DNA of 63,762 nucleotides, filler included, from Olpidium bornovanus S191 (GCA_017911155.1; 28 parts of 28 records of this genome joined end to end with filler, not necessarily neighbours in it), one strand, 5' to 3'. Positions 37,263 through 49,760 are shown, counted from the whole stretch's first letter. The notes: generated from the sequence alone by a model not told the origin. Numbers and translations: made by a program.

Positions 37263-38277
37263 AGGAGGGGGAACCCAGGGAGATCCGTGATTACTTTGCA
37301 ACGCGGGAAGAAATTAGTTCCGGGGGAGGTTTTTTTTTTCCGCATCCCGCACTCCCTTCCCCCCCTTTCCCTGTCGGGCCGGAGTTTGCTGCTCGCTGTT
37401 TGTTTTCTTTTCCCCGTTTTTGTTCCCGTCGAACGGAGAAAAAAGTCTCCGAGGCCTCCTCCCGGGCGAAAATTCCGGACGGATGGGGTAGCCGGGTAGC
37501 CAGAGTCCGGGACACATTACAGTCGTCCCTCCTCATACTTTATAGTCCCCGTTCCGGGTGAAATGTATAAGGTATCAGAGGTTATAAAGTAGTGAATTAT
37601 AAGACTCCGCCATAGAACGATGTCGGTGGAAGCCAAAACGTATAAAGTAGCAGAGGATATTAAGTATTGAGATATAACGTATGAGAGAGACGACTGTACG
37701 TTTCCTCCGTGATCTCTTCGGTGCAAGAGACGTTGCAGGTGCTGCGGGGCGGGGATGGGATAATCCGAGAGTCGTACGAATAGAAAATTTCCCCTGCTAA
37801 AAAATTGCCTGGACTGACCCATCCACTCGAGGTGGCCGAATGCGGAGAGGTGGGGGAAAGGGCGGGCTACGCACAAGGCGCAAAAGCCTTGCATGTGTGA
37901 CCTTGATGATCGACCTACCTTACCCTACCTCTGCATGTACTTCCACACAAAATCCGCGAGCGCCCGTGTCCAAGAGAAGGCCGGCATATTCACTTTCTCG
38001 TCCTTCCTACCAATCATTATCTCCCTCGTAATTTTCGTATCCCACCACGCAGGAGCCATGGAATCAAAAGCAGAGAAGAAAGGAACGGGGTGAAACAAAC
38101 AAAAAACAAAATCGGTCTGAAAAGCACCGGATGAAAGTTGTTAGTTCTGCGTTCCTTTAGGAAAACCCCGCCGCCGCNNNNNNNNNNNNNNNNNNNNNNN
38201 NNNNNNNNNNNNNNNNNNNNNTTAATTAATTAANNNNNNNNNNNNNNNNNNNNNNNNNNNNNNNNNNNNNNNNNNNN

Positions 38278-40081
38278 AAGCTTTCGCGGGCGCACCTTGT
38301 ATTTATCATTGTAAGTGGTCGCGGAAAGGCTATCCAGGGTGCCGCGGATCCCCGCGGCGCCTTCCGAATAGCACGTCACCAGCATCATCGTGTACATGAG
38401 CGGGTCCCCGCGCTGGTCGACGGGACTGCGCTCGGTGGCATCCACGCCGAGATCTGGAACGTTCTCCTCCGCGCCGGGGACGGCGGACATCTCAATGGCG
38501 CGCGGGGGACCCCCGTTCTGCGGAGCGTTCCGGACAAGGCCCTTGGACAAGAACCACGAGAAGCTGACGGCCATGATAAACCGGGTAAGCACAGTGCTGA
38601 GGACGACGACGAGCGAGGCCATTAGTATCACCTGCGCAAAGCAGCAGCCGACGGTGACCGTGCCGACATAGCCGGCTTGGAACCGCGACGAGAAGCATTC
38701 GGCTGCCGCAACAAGGTCCGGCGTCGCCTGCATGTTCACCGTCGCGTCGATTCCCAGGGTGCGACGCAGGGCAGAATCCACGGGAAACCACGGGTCCGTG
38801 AGGTTCGGCCGGGCGCCGCGCGTGTGGCCGAAATAGTCGGTCACGTTTAGCACGCGGCCGTTGTACACGATCAGCGGGACGGTCTGGATTCCGTTGATGG
38901 TGCCAAGTTGCGCCCAGTCGTAGGTCACCTCGCCCACCGGCGTGAGACCGTCGAGGAGCGCGAGGCGCAGGCAGCCGCTCGGCGGAGTGAGGATCGTCTG
39001 TGGAAAAAACAAAACGAAAAAGAAAAAGGGGTTTAACGACGGGGCGAGCTGCGAGCGGCCACCGGGATTTGCCCGTCGTTTCGAGGAGCTGCACCTGGTC
39101 CACGGGATTTCTTATCCTGCAGTACCTCCTCGGCAGGTTTTTCTCACAGAGAGAGCACCGCGGCGGCCGGCAGGGGTCCGCGGAAGAATCCGGCGCGAAG
39201 ACCTCGGACATGTCGGTTCCCCCCCAGTTGCTGGAGAGGAAGACGTTTTCCGCGCGGAGGACCTTGCGCACGTCCGAAAACGCGTAGACTATACCGTTCA
39301 CCGTGACCGTGTCCGCGCCGCGACCGAGTTTTGCGTACGGAAACTCCGGGTTGCCTGTTGCGCCGAGCGCAGGGAACAGGAGGTTTCGGTCGTCGCAAAA
39401 CGCACTCTTGAGTCCAAAAGTGACAAAAGCGACGACAGACTGAAGCAAGAAGATGATGAGGCAGAGCGCCAACTGTCCAGGACGGAAGGGGAAGTTGAAG
39501 TCAGCGTTATGAGTGAATAGCTCCACGGGAGGCCGCGAAGCCGTTCCTCGCATTTTTTTTTTCAACTGGACTGCGCGTAAGGAAGCACAACGGGCTCATT
39601 CTTCCTTGCATAGTTACACCTCATGCTTTTAAAGTCCACACGCGAAGTGGCGTGTTCTTCTGCTGCAAAACTTCGCGCATAACAAAAAAAAACCCAATGC
39701 AAGGCGTCCTCCTCACCCTCTCTCTCTCTCTCTCTCTCTCACCTTCTCTCTCCAGGCCTGCACGTTCGGGACGTCACAGCCGCGGATGCAAACGGTCGGG
39801 ATGCAGCAGGTGGCCAGTCGGGCGAAGAAAACCCAGGCGTCGAAGCGTTCCTTTTTCGGCGGAGGCGAGGCCCAGCGGCGGCGTTTGCGCCTCCGGACGC
39901 TGATGTTCGAGTTCTTGCGGCGCGGAGGGCCGTTGCAGGCGCCGTTTAAGTGCCCGGACGACGCGACGCCGCCCGCGGCGGGCGCGGCGGTCCGGCCGGC
40001 GGGACCTGGGCCAGGGTGGCGGTGGTGATCGGGCGGCGGCGGCGCTGCGGCAGAGTGACGGGATTTCCGCGGGGAAGACAT
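38278..40081 (-). CDS. Chitin synthase, class IV (Chs3-like), N-terminal half, 3'-truncated
   Basis: WVFFARLATCCIP..QAWREK|LALCLII..AFVTFG, LIVYNGRVLNVT, GCCFAQVIL..SLVVVL..VLTRFIMAV.FSWF and MMLVTCYSEG..GIRGTLDSLSATTY..K. Confidence 0.92.
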
Positions 40082-40273
40082 CGGGAGCGCCGGCGTCGTC
40101 GCGACGACCGCCGGATGTTTATTATTATTATTATTATTATTATTTTGGCCTTCTCAGGCACTCGGCGTGCGGACGAGGACAACAGGGAAGATGAGGACAA
40201 CGAAGAGAAGGACGAGAGGATGGGCGAGGATGCGGAGGACGAGGAAAGGTTCGGGGCACATTCGGCGACGTCT

Positions 40274-40310
<37 letters not shown>

Positions 40311-40779
40311 CCCTCTCTCTCTCTCCCCTCCCTTCTTCCTCCGCCTTCCCCCTCCTTCCCCCTCCTTCCTCTTCCCCCGGGGCGCCCGCCGGAAAGGCGC
40401 AAACATGCCCACGCGCGCGGCGGGGGATTTTTCCGTTGCGGGGAACTCGGTTGCCCGGGCGAAAAAGGACAAATTTTTTTTTTTAGAGACGGGAAAAACA
40501 AATCCCCCCCCCCTTCCCGGCGTTCCTGAGGGCGGAGCTTTCCGCGCGTCCGGGGCGGAGGCAACGGAAGGGGTTCGCGGGCGTCGCGCGGAGAGCGGCC
40601 CCCGTCTTGCAGGGGGAGGGCCGTGCCTAGGGGGAGGGCGTTGCCTGGTCAGTGGTCGCGGGGAAGGCTGCAGTCATCAGCCCGTGTAGAACAAGAAGAA
40701 GCTCGCCGCCGCCGAGTCATCGTGCCTCCCGAGCATCGTCGCGACGGTCTCCCGCTGCAACTTCGCGGCTGCGTTCCGC

Positions 40780-41100
40780 GGTTTTTCAGTTGCCCGCTTC
40801 TCTCCACTGCGTCTCCCCTCTCTTTTTCCTGGTCCCGCTTCCGCACTGGTGACACCCAACTCCACACTGTTTCGCCCTGCTCGCGTGTAGCAGACTGCCA
40901 GTATACCGCTGCGAATCGATGACTCCCGGCTTGACACACATACCCTTTGCAGACACGGTCACCATTGCTGTGACGCCGCCGCTCCTTTTGTCTCCTAGTC
41001 TGCAGGAACACGCATGTCCGTTGTAATCTTCCCATGGTTCCAAGGATTGCTTCCAGGGATTCGTAAATTCCTCCTTGGTGTCCTCGTCTAATTCGATGAT
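40780..41100 (-). pseudogene. Degenerate copia RT N-terminal remnant
   Basis: IYESLEAILGT and SAKGMCVKPGVID/AKGY-like blocks correspond to the EY.SL..N.TW and AKG..Q.PG.D motifs; frameshifted. Confidence 0.5.
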
Positions 41101-41779
41101 CCGTCATGCGGCGTTCCGACCGGGGGTGGCTGTTCGCGTTTTGACGTCACCGAATCCCGGATTCCGTTTTTTGTCGTCGGCGATATCCGCCCATTTTCGG
41201 AAACTCCCCTCATTCCCACGTGGCCTCCGGATTTCTCCAGGTGTGTGTAGTCGCCGTGGCTTCCGGGTTTCTCCAACGCACCGGGGCAGATTCATCAGAT
41301 CGCACGTTTTTGGGAAACGCGCCGCCTCCGTGGCTTGCCAGTTTCTGAATGCTGATGTCCGAACATCAGCCGGAGGGATTCAAATTCTTTAGGTGACGGG
41401 AGGCAGGCGGCAAAGCGAGGGAGATGTTCAGGAGGGGCTCTTGGTTGGTTTGCAGTTGTTTGGAGTTGTGCGGAGTTGTGAAGGGAAAAAGGGTGCTTTC
41501 CCGCGGGCTGGCCGCCACAGATTGGGACTGAAGTGGGAACCCCTGACTAAGGACCTCAGCCCCGTTCCAAGAATAACAGTGCGCCCAGCCCTAAAAAGCT
41601 GCATTTATCCTGCATTCAAATTTTTTTTTTGGGACGTTCAGTTCAGATCTGTCCGCCAGTGCGTTTCGGCCCGGTATCGCTGCGTGGCTGTCGCCTTACA
41701 GGCCACATGACTCCGCGTTAAATCCAGGATTCGCCACATGCGTCCTGACCTCAGGCCGAGGCTCCTCTGCATGCGCTAT

Positions 41780-42350
41780 GTCTCGTGACATTGTTAGCGC
41801 TTCGGTGATCACATCCGCTGTAAATCTTCTCTAGTTTCTTTTGCACAAAAGTCGCTCCTCCACCGTTCTTTTGCAAAAAGTGAAAACAAATGTTTAGGGA
41901 GATACTGCAATAAATTCCTGCTAAATGAGATTGTTGACTGGTTGTCGCAGTGCGTTTACAGTTGGGTTTATTTGCTCCTTGATGAAAGTCCTGATTGAAT
42001 TTGCTTCATTGGTTGTTTCGCACGCGGACATTTCTGCTTCCATTGTGGACTGCGTCCTAGTTTTCTGCCACTTTTGGAACTCCAACTTACAGCCGCTCCG
42101 CCCAAATTTTGCTACATAATTAATCACTGGATCAGCACGCTTCCGCCTTTAATCTCCAGTTTGCACTTGTGCGGATTTTGGGCTAGATGTCGTCCGTCGC
42201 CACGTGCACGAGCTCTAAATCTCGGCTTCCATGCTTCGTCCAGTACTTCACTTCTTCAGCGGGTTGCTGGAAAGGAGGCCTTTTCACAAAGGCTCTCGCC
42301 TCCATCTCGTTCGCAATAGCGCGCGATATGCTTTTGAGGCGTGGGGTGCT
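41780..42350 (-). pseudogene. Degenerate copia RNase H remnant
   Basis: NLGGAAVSWNSK, then (frameshift) TQSTMEAEMSACETTNEANSIRTFI and ADVITEAL. Confidence 0.75.
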
Positions 42351-43107
42351 NNNNNNNNNNNNNNNNNNNNNNNNNNNNNNNNNNNNNNNNNNNNTTAATT
42401 AATTAANNNNNNNNNNNNNNNNNNNNNNNNNNNNNNNNNNNNNNNNNNNNAACACGGAATTCCTTGACCTCGAGCTAGACCTAGCCTTTTCCAGAAACAT
42501 CGTCACCGGAACGCGCGTCAAACGCGTCTGACAATAAAGGGCTTCGTTGCAATTGGTGTTCCTTACGCATGGCTTCCTACCAGTGATGTGCGTCAGGACA
42601 CGTCACTGCCTCTTTGTGACATTAGGCGGAGAACGAGAAGGCGAAAAGAGAAACAAAAGAGTATAGTCCGTGCGCGCTGGAGAGCGAGAGGGCATATGTG
42701 ACTGATAAACAGGATACGACCCTCCGCCTTATCCCCCTCTTCCCCCTTCCCGGCCCTGCCGGGCCACTGACGCCGCCCGCAACCCCCTTTCCCCTCCCCC
42801 CCCCCCCTTTCCCCCCCCCCGCGGCCGAAAAAGAGAAGCATACAGACAGGCACAAGCGGTTTTTTTTTTCAAAAATTGCGCTGCTGTGTACACAGAAAAA
42901 CGTGTACACAGCAGCGCCGTTCTACGAAATAAACGGTGGCGGAAGGAGCTAATCGTAATACTTTGGGGGGGGGGGGGGCCGAAAGCGTGGGAAGTTTCTT
43001 TGTAATATCCTGGGGGAGTGTCGTTTGCATAACGGCTGAAATCATCTTGCGCCGCTGTGTACAACAGCAGCGCAGTTCTACGGAAATTAGAGCGTCGGCT
43101 GAGGAAG

Positions 43108-44069
43108 CTAATTCCTTGGGGGGCGGTCGAACGGGCGGGAAGTTTTCTCGTAAGGTCCTGGGTGAGCGTCGTTTGCATAACCGCTGAAATCATCCGGCAA
43201 GTATCCTTCGTCTTCCGGTCTCCACGAGTCTTCCCGATAATATTCCTCTTCGTATCGAGGAACGTCACCCGCGCGGTAGGAATCCCCTTGGTAGTATGAG
43301 GGGTATTCCAAACCGTCGTCCGGAAAACGGCCGCCCGCGTCGTAGAAAGCCGAAGCCCTTGAATCGTACGTGGCGTATTCCAAACCGTCGTCCGGATAAT
43401 CGCGGCCGCCCGCGTCGTAGGAAGCCGCAGCCCTTGAATCGTACGTGGCGTATTCCAAACCGTCGTCCGGATAATCGCGGCCGCCCGCGCCGTAGGAAGC
43501 CGAAGCCCTTGAATCGTACGTGGCGTATTCCAAACCGTCATCCGGATAATCGCCGCGCATGGCGTAGGACATCCTCGGGCGGTATACGGGATATTCCACG
43601 TCGACCGGAAAACCGCCGGGCGCGCCGTCGGCAGGACTTGCGTGGTTTTGGGAAAAATCCATGCCGAAGGCGTTTAGAGCGTTGTTGCCGAAAGCCACCT
43701 GAGAAAACGTTGCTGTCAATACTGTTTTTTTGTTGTTGTTGTTGTTCCCCCCCCCCCCCCCCCTCCACAAAAAGCTTCCTTGAAAAGCTCCGGGCAATCA
43801 CTTACTTGGACTTGTGCTGCTCTTTCGTTGTCGCCGTGAGCCGCGTGAACTGCCGACGTGACTTGCGATATGACAGGGCAAAGCTGCACGAAATCTTCCT
43901 GGGTTCGCAGGGCACCTTCCGCATCTCCGGCGATTGACTGAGCCAGGCTTTTGACCTGGCTGACGACCGGGATCGCGTTGACGTTTCCGCGTTTTTCGAG
44001 CAGCGGGCGGCCTTGAACGGGAGGCCAAGGGCAGGCGCCGGCCAGGAGGAGGAGGAAAATCACGAACAT
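43108..44069 (-). CDS. Secreted protein: signal peptide, Kex2-like KR site, duplicated helical motif and Tyr/Asp-rich 25-aa repeats
   Basis: Exon 1 is 44069-43806, intron 43805-43699 (GTAAGT..CAG, phase 0), exon 2 is 43698-43108. MFVIFLLLLAGACPWPPVQG-RPLLEKR; IPVVSQVKSLAQSIAGDAEGALRTQ / CPVISQVTSAVHAAHGDNERAAQVQ; RDYPDDGLEYATYDSRA(A/S)A(S/F)Y(D/G)AGG x3.5. Confidence 0.8.
43300..43560 (-). repeat. 75-bp coding tandem repeat (3.5 copies)
   Basis: GTATTCCAAACCGTC(G/A)TCCGGA recurs with a 75-bp period at about 43375, 43450 and 43525, plus a shortened copy at about 43303. Confidence 0.95.
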
Positions 44070-44967
44070 CTTTTTTGCGATTTTTTTTTTTCCGGTGTGC
44101 GGGCGGGTGGGCGGGTGGGTGGGGGAAAACGAGCATTCCGGCCGGGCTATAAATAGCCCGGCCCGCGTCGAGTGAAACCACGGGCGACCTTGCTCGTAGG
44201 TCCAAGCCGGCCGGGCCGGTGGGAGGTATCAATTTCGTCCAGGGGTGGGGGCTCAGCCGGTGGGGTGGGGCTCAGCCGGACGATGTTGAACCTCAGTTGA
44301 GCCCCGGCCGTAGATATGAGCGAACATCCCTAGCAAGGGGAAATCCCGCGGGATCTCTCCCGTCGGGCTGACATCTGTTTGGTCTCCGAAAAAAAAAAGT
44401 TTTTTTTTGGGGGGGAAGGGGGGGGGGGGGGGAAGGGGACGGGGGCTCGGGCCGAGGGGGGGAGCCGCGCGCAAACGCCCGGCAAAATCTCGCGAATTCG
44501 TTTGACGGAGCTGAGCCTTGGGGGGGGGAGGGGGGGGGGGGGGGGGGGGGCGCGGCGGANNNNNNNNNNNNNNNNNNNNNNNNNNNNNNNNNNNNNNNNN
44601 NNNTTAATTAATTAANNNNNNNNNNNNNNNNNNNNNNNNNNNNNNNNNNNNNNNNNNNNCATGTCGGATTTGCTGAATTTGTCGACCACAGGTAACCCGG
44701 AGGCGTGTTTTCCTCCCTTTTTTTGGAAAACGCGTAATTGCGATTATGACGTCTAATTTACAAACGCGTCATCCCGTTTGGCGAATAATTGCGATTTTGA
44801 GGGATGATCGCGCTGCGTACCGCTGGCGTAAGGGACCCAAGGCCGGCGTGTGATGGGGTTGTTGTCGTTTTGGTCGCATCCCCTCCCCCTCCCCCTCCCC
44901 CGTCCTTCCCATTCTTGCTGTGTGGACGTACGTACATTTCAAAGCCTGATACCCCTTTTTGGCGCAG

Positions 44968-45591
<624 letters not shown>

Positions 45592-46256
45592 AAAACAAGT
45601 AGACGGCACTTCCGTTTTTTTTTTTCTTTTAAAATAATGAGGTTTTTTTTTTTTTTTTTTTTTGACGTCCCCCGGAAAGGAGACGAACGCGCGCGAGATG
45701 CACTCAAACTTGCACTGGGCTCGTAGTGGGCTCTTAGTCGGCGGCCGAGAAGGGGTGGGGGGGGGGGGAATAATTTCAGCCCTGGCGGGCGGGGCGGCGC
45801 GTCCCCTCGGTCCCCCGGCGCGCTCGGCCCCCGCCACCCCAAAAGCCCCGCGGCCGCGAGCAAGGCGCCCGGCAAAGCGAGNNNNNNNNNNNNNNNNNNN
45901 NNNNNNNNNNNNNNNNNNNNNNNNNTTAATTAATTAANNNNNNNNNNNNNNNNNNNNNNNNNNNNNNNNNNNNNNNNNNNNCATGATTCTGAGCGCTCCT
46001 TACTGGTTTTTTGTTTGCTCTCTTTAATCCGCCTTCCGAAACATAGCTTGTTCCGGGTGGTATTGTCTCTTGTAAGCTTATAAGTTACATTTCACCGCTG
46101 CCGTCAATGTCACACCCTGCATTTCTCCTCTTTATAAAACACAGAGGCCTATTGAAGCCATAGGAACACGTTGATGAACTCTCAAAATTTGGAATCTAAA
46201 CTGGATTGCGACCCGTGGCGCTCCATCGGATATCTGCCCAATCTAAAATTAGATCG

Positions 46257-47737
46257 TCAACGGGCTTGGCCCCCCCCGCTCGGCCGTCGGCCGCCCGCAC
46301 CTCGCCCGCGCGCAGCCGCGCCGCCCGCACCCCGCCCGCGCGCAGCCGCGCCGCCCGCACCTCGCCCGCGCGACGCCGCGCCGCCCGCACCTCGCCCGCG
46401 CGCAGCCGCGCCGCCGCGACCTCCCTTCCGAAGTTGCTTCTTCTGAAACCTCTCGGTCTCCTTGCGAGCCCTTTGAGCCTCGACCATCTCCATCTCCGCC
46501 CGCTGGCTCTTGGCGATGCTTTTTGACATGCCGTGCGGGATGGCAACCGCATCGCCGCTTCGCTTTTTCTCCTCCTTCTTCTTTGCACCACTTTCGGCCG
46601 GGGCGATCTTTTCTCCTTTGCTCTCCACGACGGCCGCCTGTGGCGCATGCGCCCGTCCAGAGGCAGCGGGAGCGAGGCGAAGTTTGGCCTTCAACTTCGA
46701 CATGGTATCAGCGCCGCGTTCCCGTCGTTCTTGGATCGACTTCGCCAGTAGGGCTACCTGGGCAGCCGTCTCTTCTGAAACTCCCTTGCCGGTAGCCACG
46801 GCGCCACGTTCGGACTTCCGCTTCTTATTTTCGTGAGATTTCTTCGGAACCGAGGGCCCGGACCACAACCCCGTCAGCTGGCGGGTGACGTCCACGTTAA
46901 CGTCATCGTCGCTGTTCTCGTCCGCTCCTTCGGAGCGCTTGCGCTTCAGCATTTCCTTGCTCCGCGTTTTAGGCGCCGCTTTCACGTTCTCGTCCGCCGC
47001 TTTGTCGGTTTTCTTGATCCTCTTCCTGTGCTCTTCTGATGCGTCCTCGGCAGCGCGTTTCGGCTTCTTGGCGTTCTCCGGGGCATTCCTGACCGGCCGG
47101 GGCTTCCCTGCAGCGCCGTCCGCCCCGACCAAATCAATGATCTTCGAATTCTTGACCTTCTCCGGCGCATTCCTGACCTGCCGGGGCTTCCCTGAAGCGT
47201 CGTCCGACGCGACGGAATCTCTGACAGGCTTCGCGCCCTTGTCTAGGAATCGCCTCCAATTTCCTCCACTGCCCAGGGCGACCAGGCGAGACACACGCTC
47301 TTGGTCCTGGGGTTACACAGTTAAACGGAATTTGCTGGTTACGCCGCCGCCCAGCAGGAAGAAAATGTTCATGGGGCGTCTCAGCATAAAATCCGGCCCA
47401 CCTTTTGCCGGATAGCTGGATATCCTCGGAACATATCTAGTGGAATTTTGGTGAGAACATCCGGAACCTGGTGATAAAGGACGTTGATTCAACGGATAAC
47501 CAACCGGTGAAAAGGGGGGGCAGCAAGAAAATAAAAAACCGCATTCCCATCTTTCGGTACGTTTCGACACGACCGGTTTTTAGGAGGGAGGGACAGGGGA
47601 CCCACCTCAAAACACTTGAAGTGCCACCACGAGTGTTTGGCGTGGTGCTTCTTCTGCTTTTTGTCTTTCCGCTCCATTCTACCAAACCTCAAGGACGCCG
47701 TCGGTATCACCTTCTCGCACCCTTTACAAATTGCGCG
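46257..47737 (-). CDS. PARP-type zinc-finger protein with a Lys-rich body and an RG-repeat tail, 5'-truncated
   Basis: Exons 47737-47606, 47467-47402 and 47306-46257 splice in phase 0 to RAICKGCEKVIPTASLRFGRME..WWHFKCFE|VPDVLTKIPLDMFRGYPAIRQK|DQERVSRLVALG. This gives the CxxC..HxxC zf-PARP pattern, which the unspliced ORF track misses. Confidence 0.8.
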
Positions 47738-47949
47738 CTAAACCGCGAGGTTGAGCAGGCAAGGGTGGGGGGGAGGGGAGAAACGCAGTACCGGCGGGGG
47801 GAGGGNNNNNNNNNNNNNNNNNNNNNNNNNNNNNNNNNNNNNNNNNNNNTTAATTAATTAANNNNNNNNNNNNNNNNNNNNNNNNNNNNNNNNNNNNNNN
47901 NNNNNGGAGGCGGTAGTTCTCTTCTTCGGAGTCGCGGGAGTCGCGGGTT

Positions 47950-48372
47950 GGGCTCATAACCTGAACGACGGACGTGAACCAAAGGAGACAAAGAGGGAAG
48001 ACGAGAGTGCACAATGGAGGGCGGAGACGGCGGACGGCGGGCGGCGGAGACTGCACCGCGCGGTTCGGAAGGCTGTAGAGTTTCTACAAGCTTTTGGTTT
48101 GTTTTGTATGGCGTCGGCGTGCGGGATTTACAGGGGGAAGAAAGGAGGGATGATTCCCCGCAGGAGTCTGCGCCACCGGCTACGTCCGGCCCCCCCTTTT
48201 TCCAACACGCCCTTTCCCCCCTCTCCCCCCCGTTAGGCGGCCCGGTGCGGCGTGCGGGTGTGATCGGCGCCCCCCCCCCCCCGCCAATCACGGGCGGGCG
48301 GGGGCCCTTGAACCCGCGGCCTTTCGTCCGCGACCAGGCGTCCGTCTCGCCAAACTCGCAACGGAAACAACA
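47950..48372 (-). mobile_element. Copia-type LTR end with half-tRNAiMet PBS; candidate LTR 48372-47962
   Basis: On the minus strand ...TTCA|GGTTATGAGCCC (47961-47950). A possible TGTTG start at 48372 is uncertain. It shares CCATACAAAA with the LTR at about 33440. Confidence 0.55.
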
Positions 48373-48491
48373 AAAGGCGAACAAACCCCGCTATCCGATC
48401 CGCGATCCGATCCTAAAAGAAAAAAAAAAAAAAAAAAAAAAACGACTGGTTTGCGTGCGCAGACGAAACAAAAGAAGAAGAAGAAAAAAAA

Positions 48492-49683
48492 ATGATCCCG
48501 ATTGATTCGCACCGGCGGATGTCAACTGACAAGCGCGTGCTCTTCAGGCGGTGCTCCGTGCCCGGGCCCGCGAAGGCGGACGACGCGGACCACGGTCCCG
48601 CCGGCCGGCTGGCGATGGCGGATGCGGCTCCGCACGTGCGACCGAAGCACGACGGCCCCGTCCAGTTCCTGCGGTGGCACCCGCCCGGCCAAGCGAGCCC
48701 CGACGAAGGGGGCCGCTACTCGCTCACCGAGGAGGCCGCCTGCCTGCTCTCTTCCCTGGACGGCCCCGTCGCCGTGGTGGCGGTGGCGGAAATATCGGGC
48801 GCCGGCACGCAGTTCGTCGTCCGCCGGTTCCTCAACTTCGAGCGCAACTTCCCGCCGGGCCACCTCCAGCGCCGAGAGCGCGGGGTGTGGATGTGGGTGC
48901 GCGAGCGCGCCGGCGACTACGTCCTGATATTGGATTTCGAGAGCCTCGACGTATTGGACGGCGGCCAGCCCGTCCTGAATCCTGCGCAGCTGGCGCAGCC
49001 CGCGGCAACGGCTCACCTCCGCAACGCCACCCTGCTGTTCAGCCTCGCCGTTTTGTTGTCCTCCAGCCTCGTGCTCCTAACCGAGGACGTCCTGTCCAAG
49101 CCGGACGTCCGGAGGCTTGGGTAAAACATGGCGTCTGTTGGTTTCCTCCGGCGGGTAAGCTTGTTGATGTTTCGCCCTCCCTGATATTCTCGACGGTCCG
49201 ACCCTGCTCGAATGCCGCAGGTTCATTTCCGAGATCGCAGCCGACGTTTGCGATAACCTCGGCGAACCGCATTACCATCGTCCGGATTTGACGTGGGTGC
49301 TCACGAACTGCGAAATGAGCCTCTTCGGCGGCGATTCGGCCGACGAGTACCTCGAAAGCCAGCTCAAGCCGACGCCGGGGGCCGACCTCGACGAGCAAAC
49401 GAAACGCGTCAACGAAGTCAAGGCGTGCGTCGGACGGCTGTTCCCAAAGCGGGCTCTCATCGCGCTGCCTCCGCCCGGAGAGGGGATTGAAAAAAGCTGC
49501 GCGTCGGGCATTGCGGTTTGGGACGAGTTGAAGCTGGAATACAGGATGCAGATGATCAAAATGAACCGCCGCGTGTTCGGTTTGCCCCACTACAAAAGGG
49601 TTCCGCTTCCCGACGGGGAGAGCGGCCCGCTGAGCGGACCGGGTGAGATAAACGGGAACTGCCGGTTTCCGGCATCGCCATAA
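48492..49683 (+). CDS. Guanylate-binding protein (GBP)-like N-terminal domain with degenerate GTPase motifs
   Basis: YSLTEEAACLLSSLDGPVAVVAVA, RGVWMW, VLILDFESL, LFSLAVLLSSSLVL, PDLTWVL, ADEYLESQL and VGRLFPKR.LIALPPP follow the GBP fold order. Intron at about 49121-49220. Confidence 0.8.
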
Positions 49684-49726
49684 GTAAAGAAAAAAAAAGA
49701 AAAAAAAAAAAAAAAACAAAAAAAAG

Positions 49727-49760
<34 letters not shown>

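Noticed and set aside
37930-38060. Retropepsin-like LLLDTGARG (and RIAVDTGARG at about 18830)
   Set aside because: Short motifs in stop-interrupted frames with no flanking gag or RT support.
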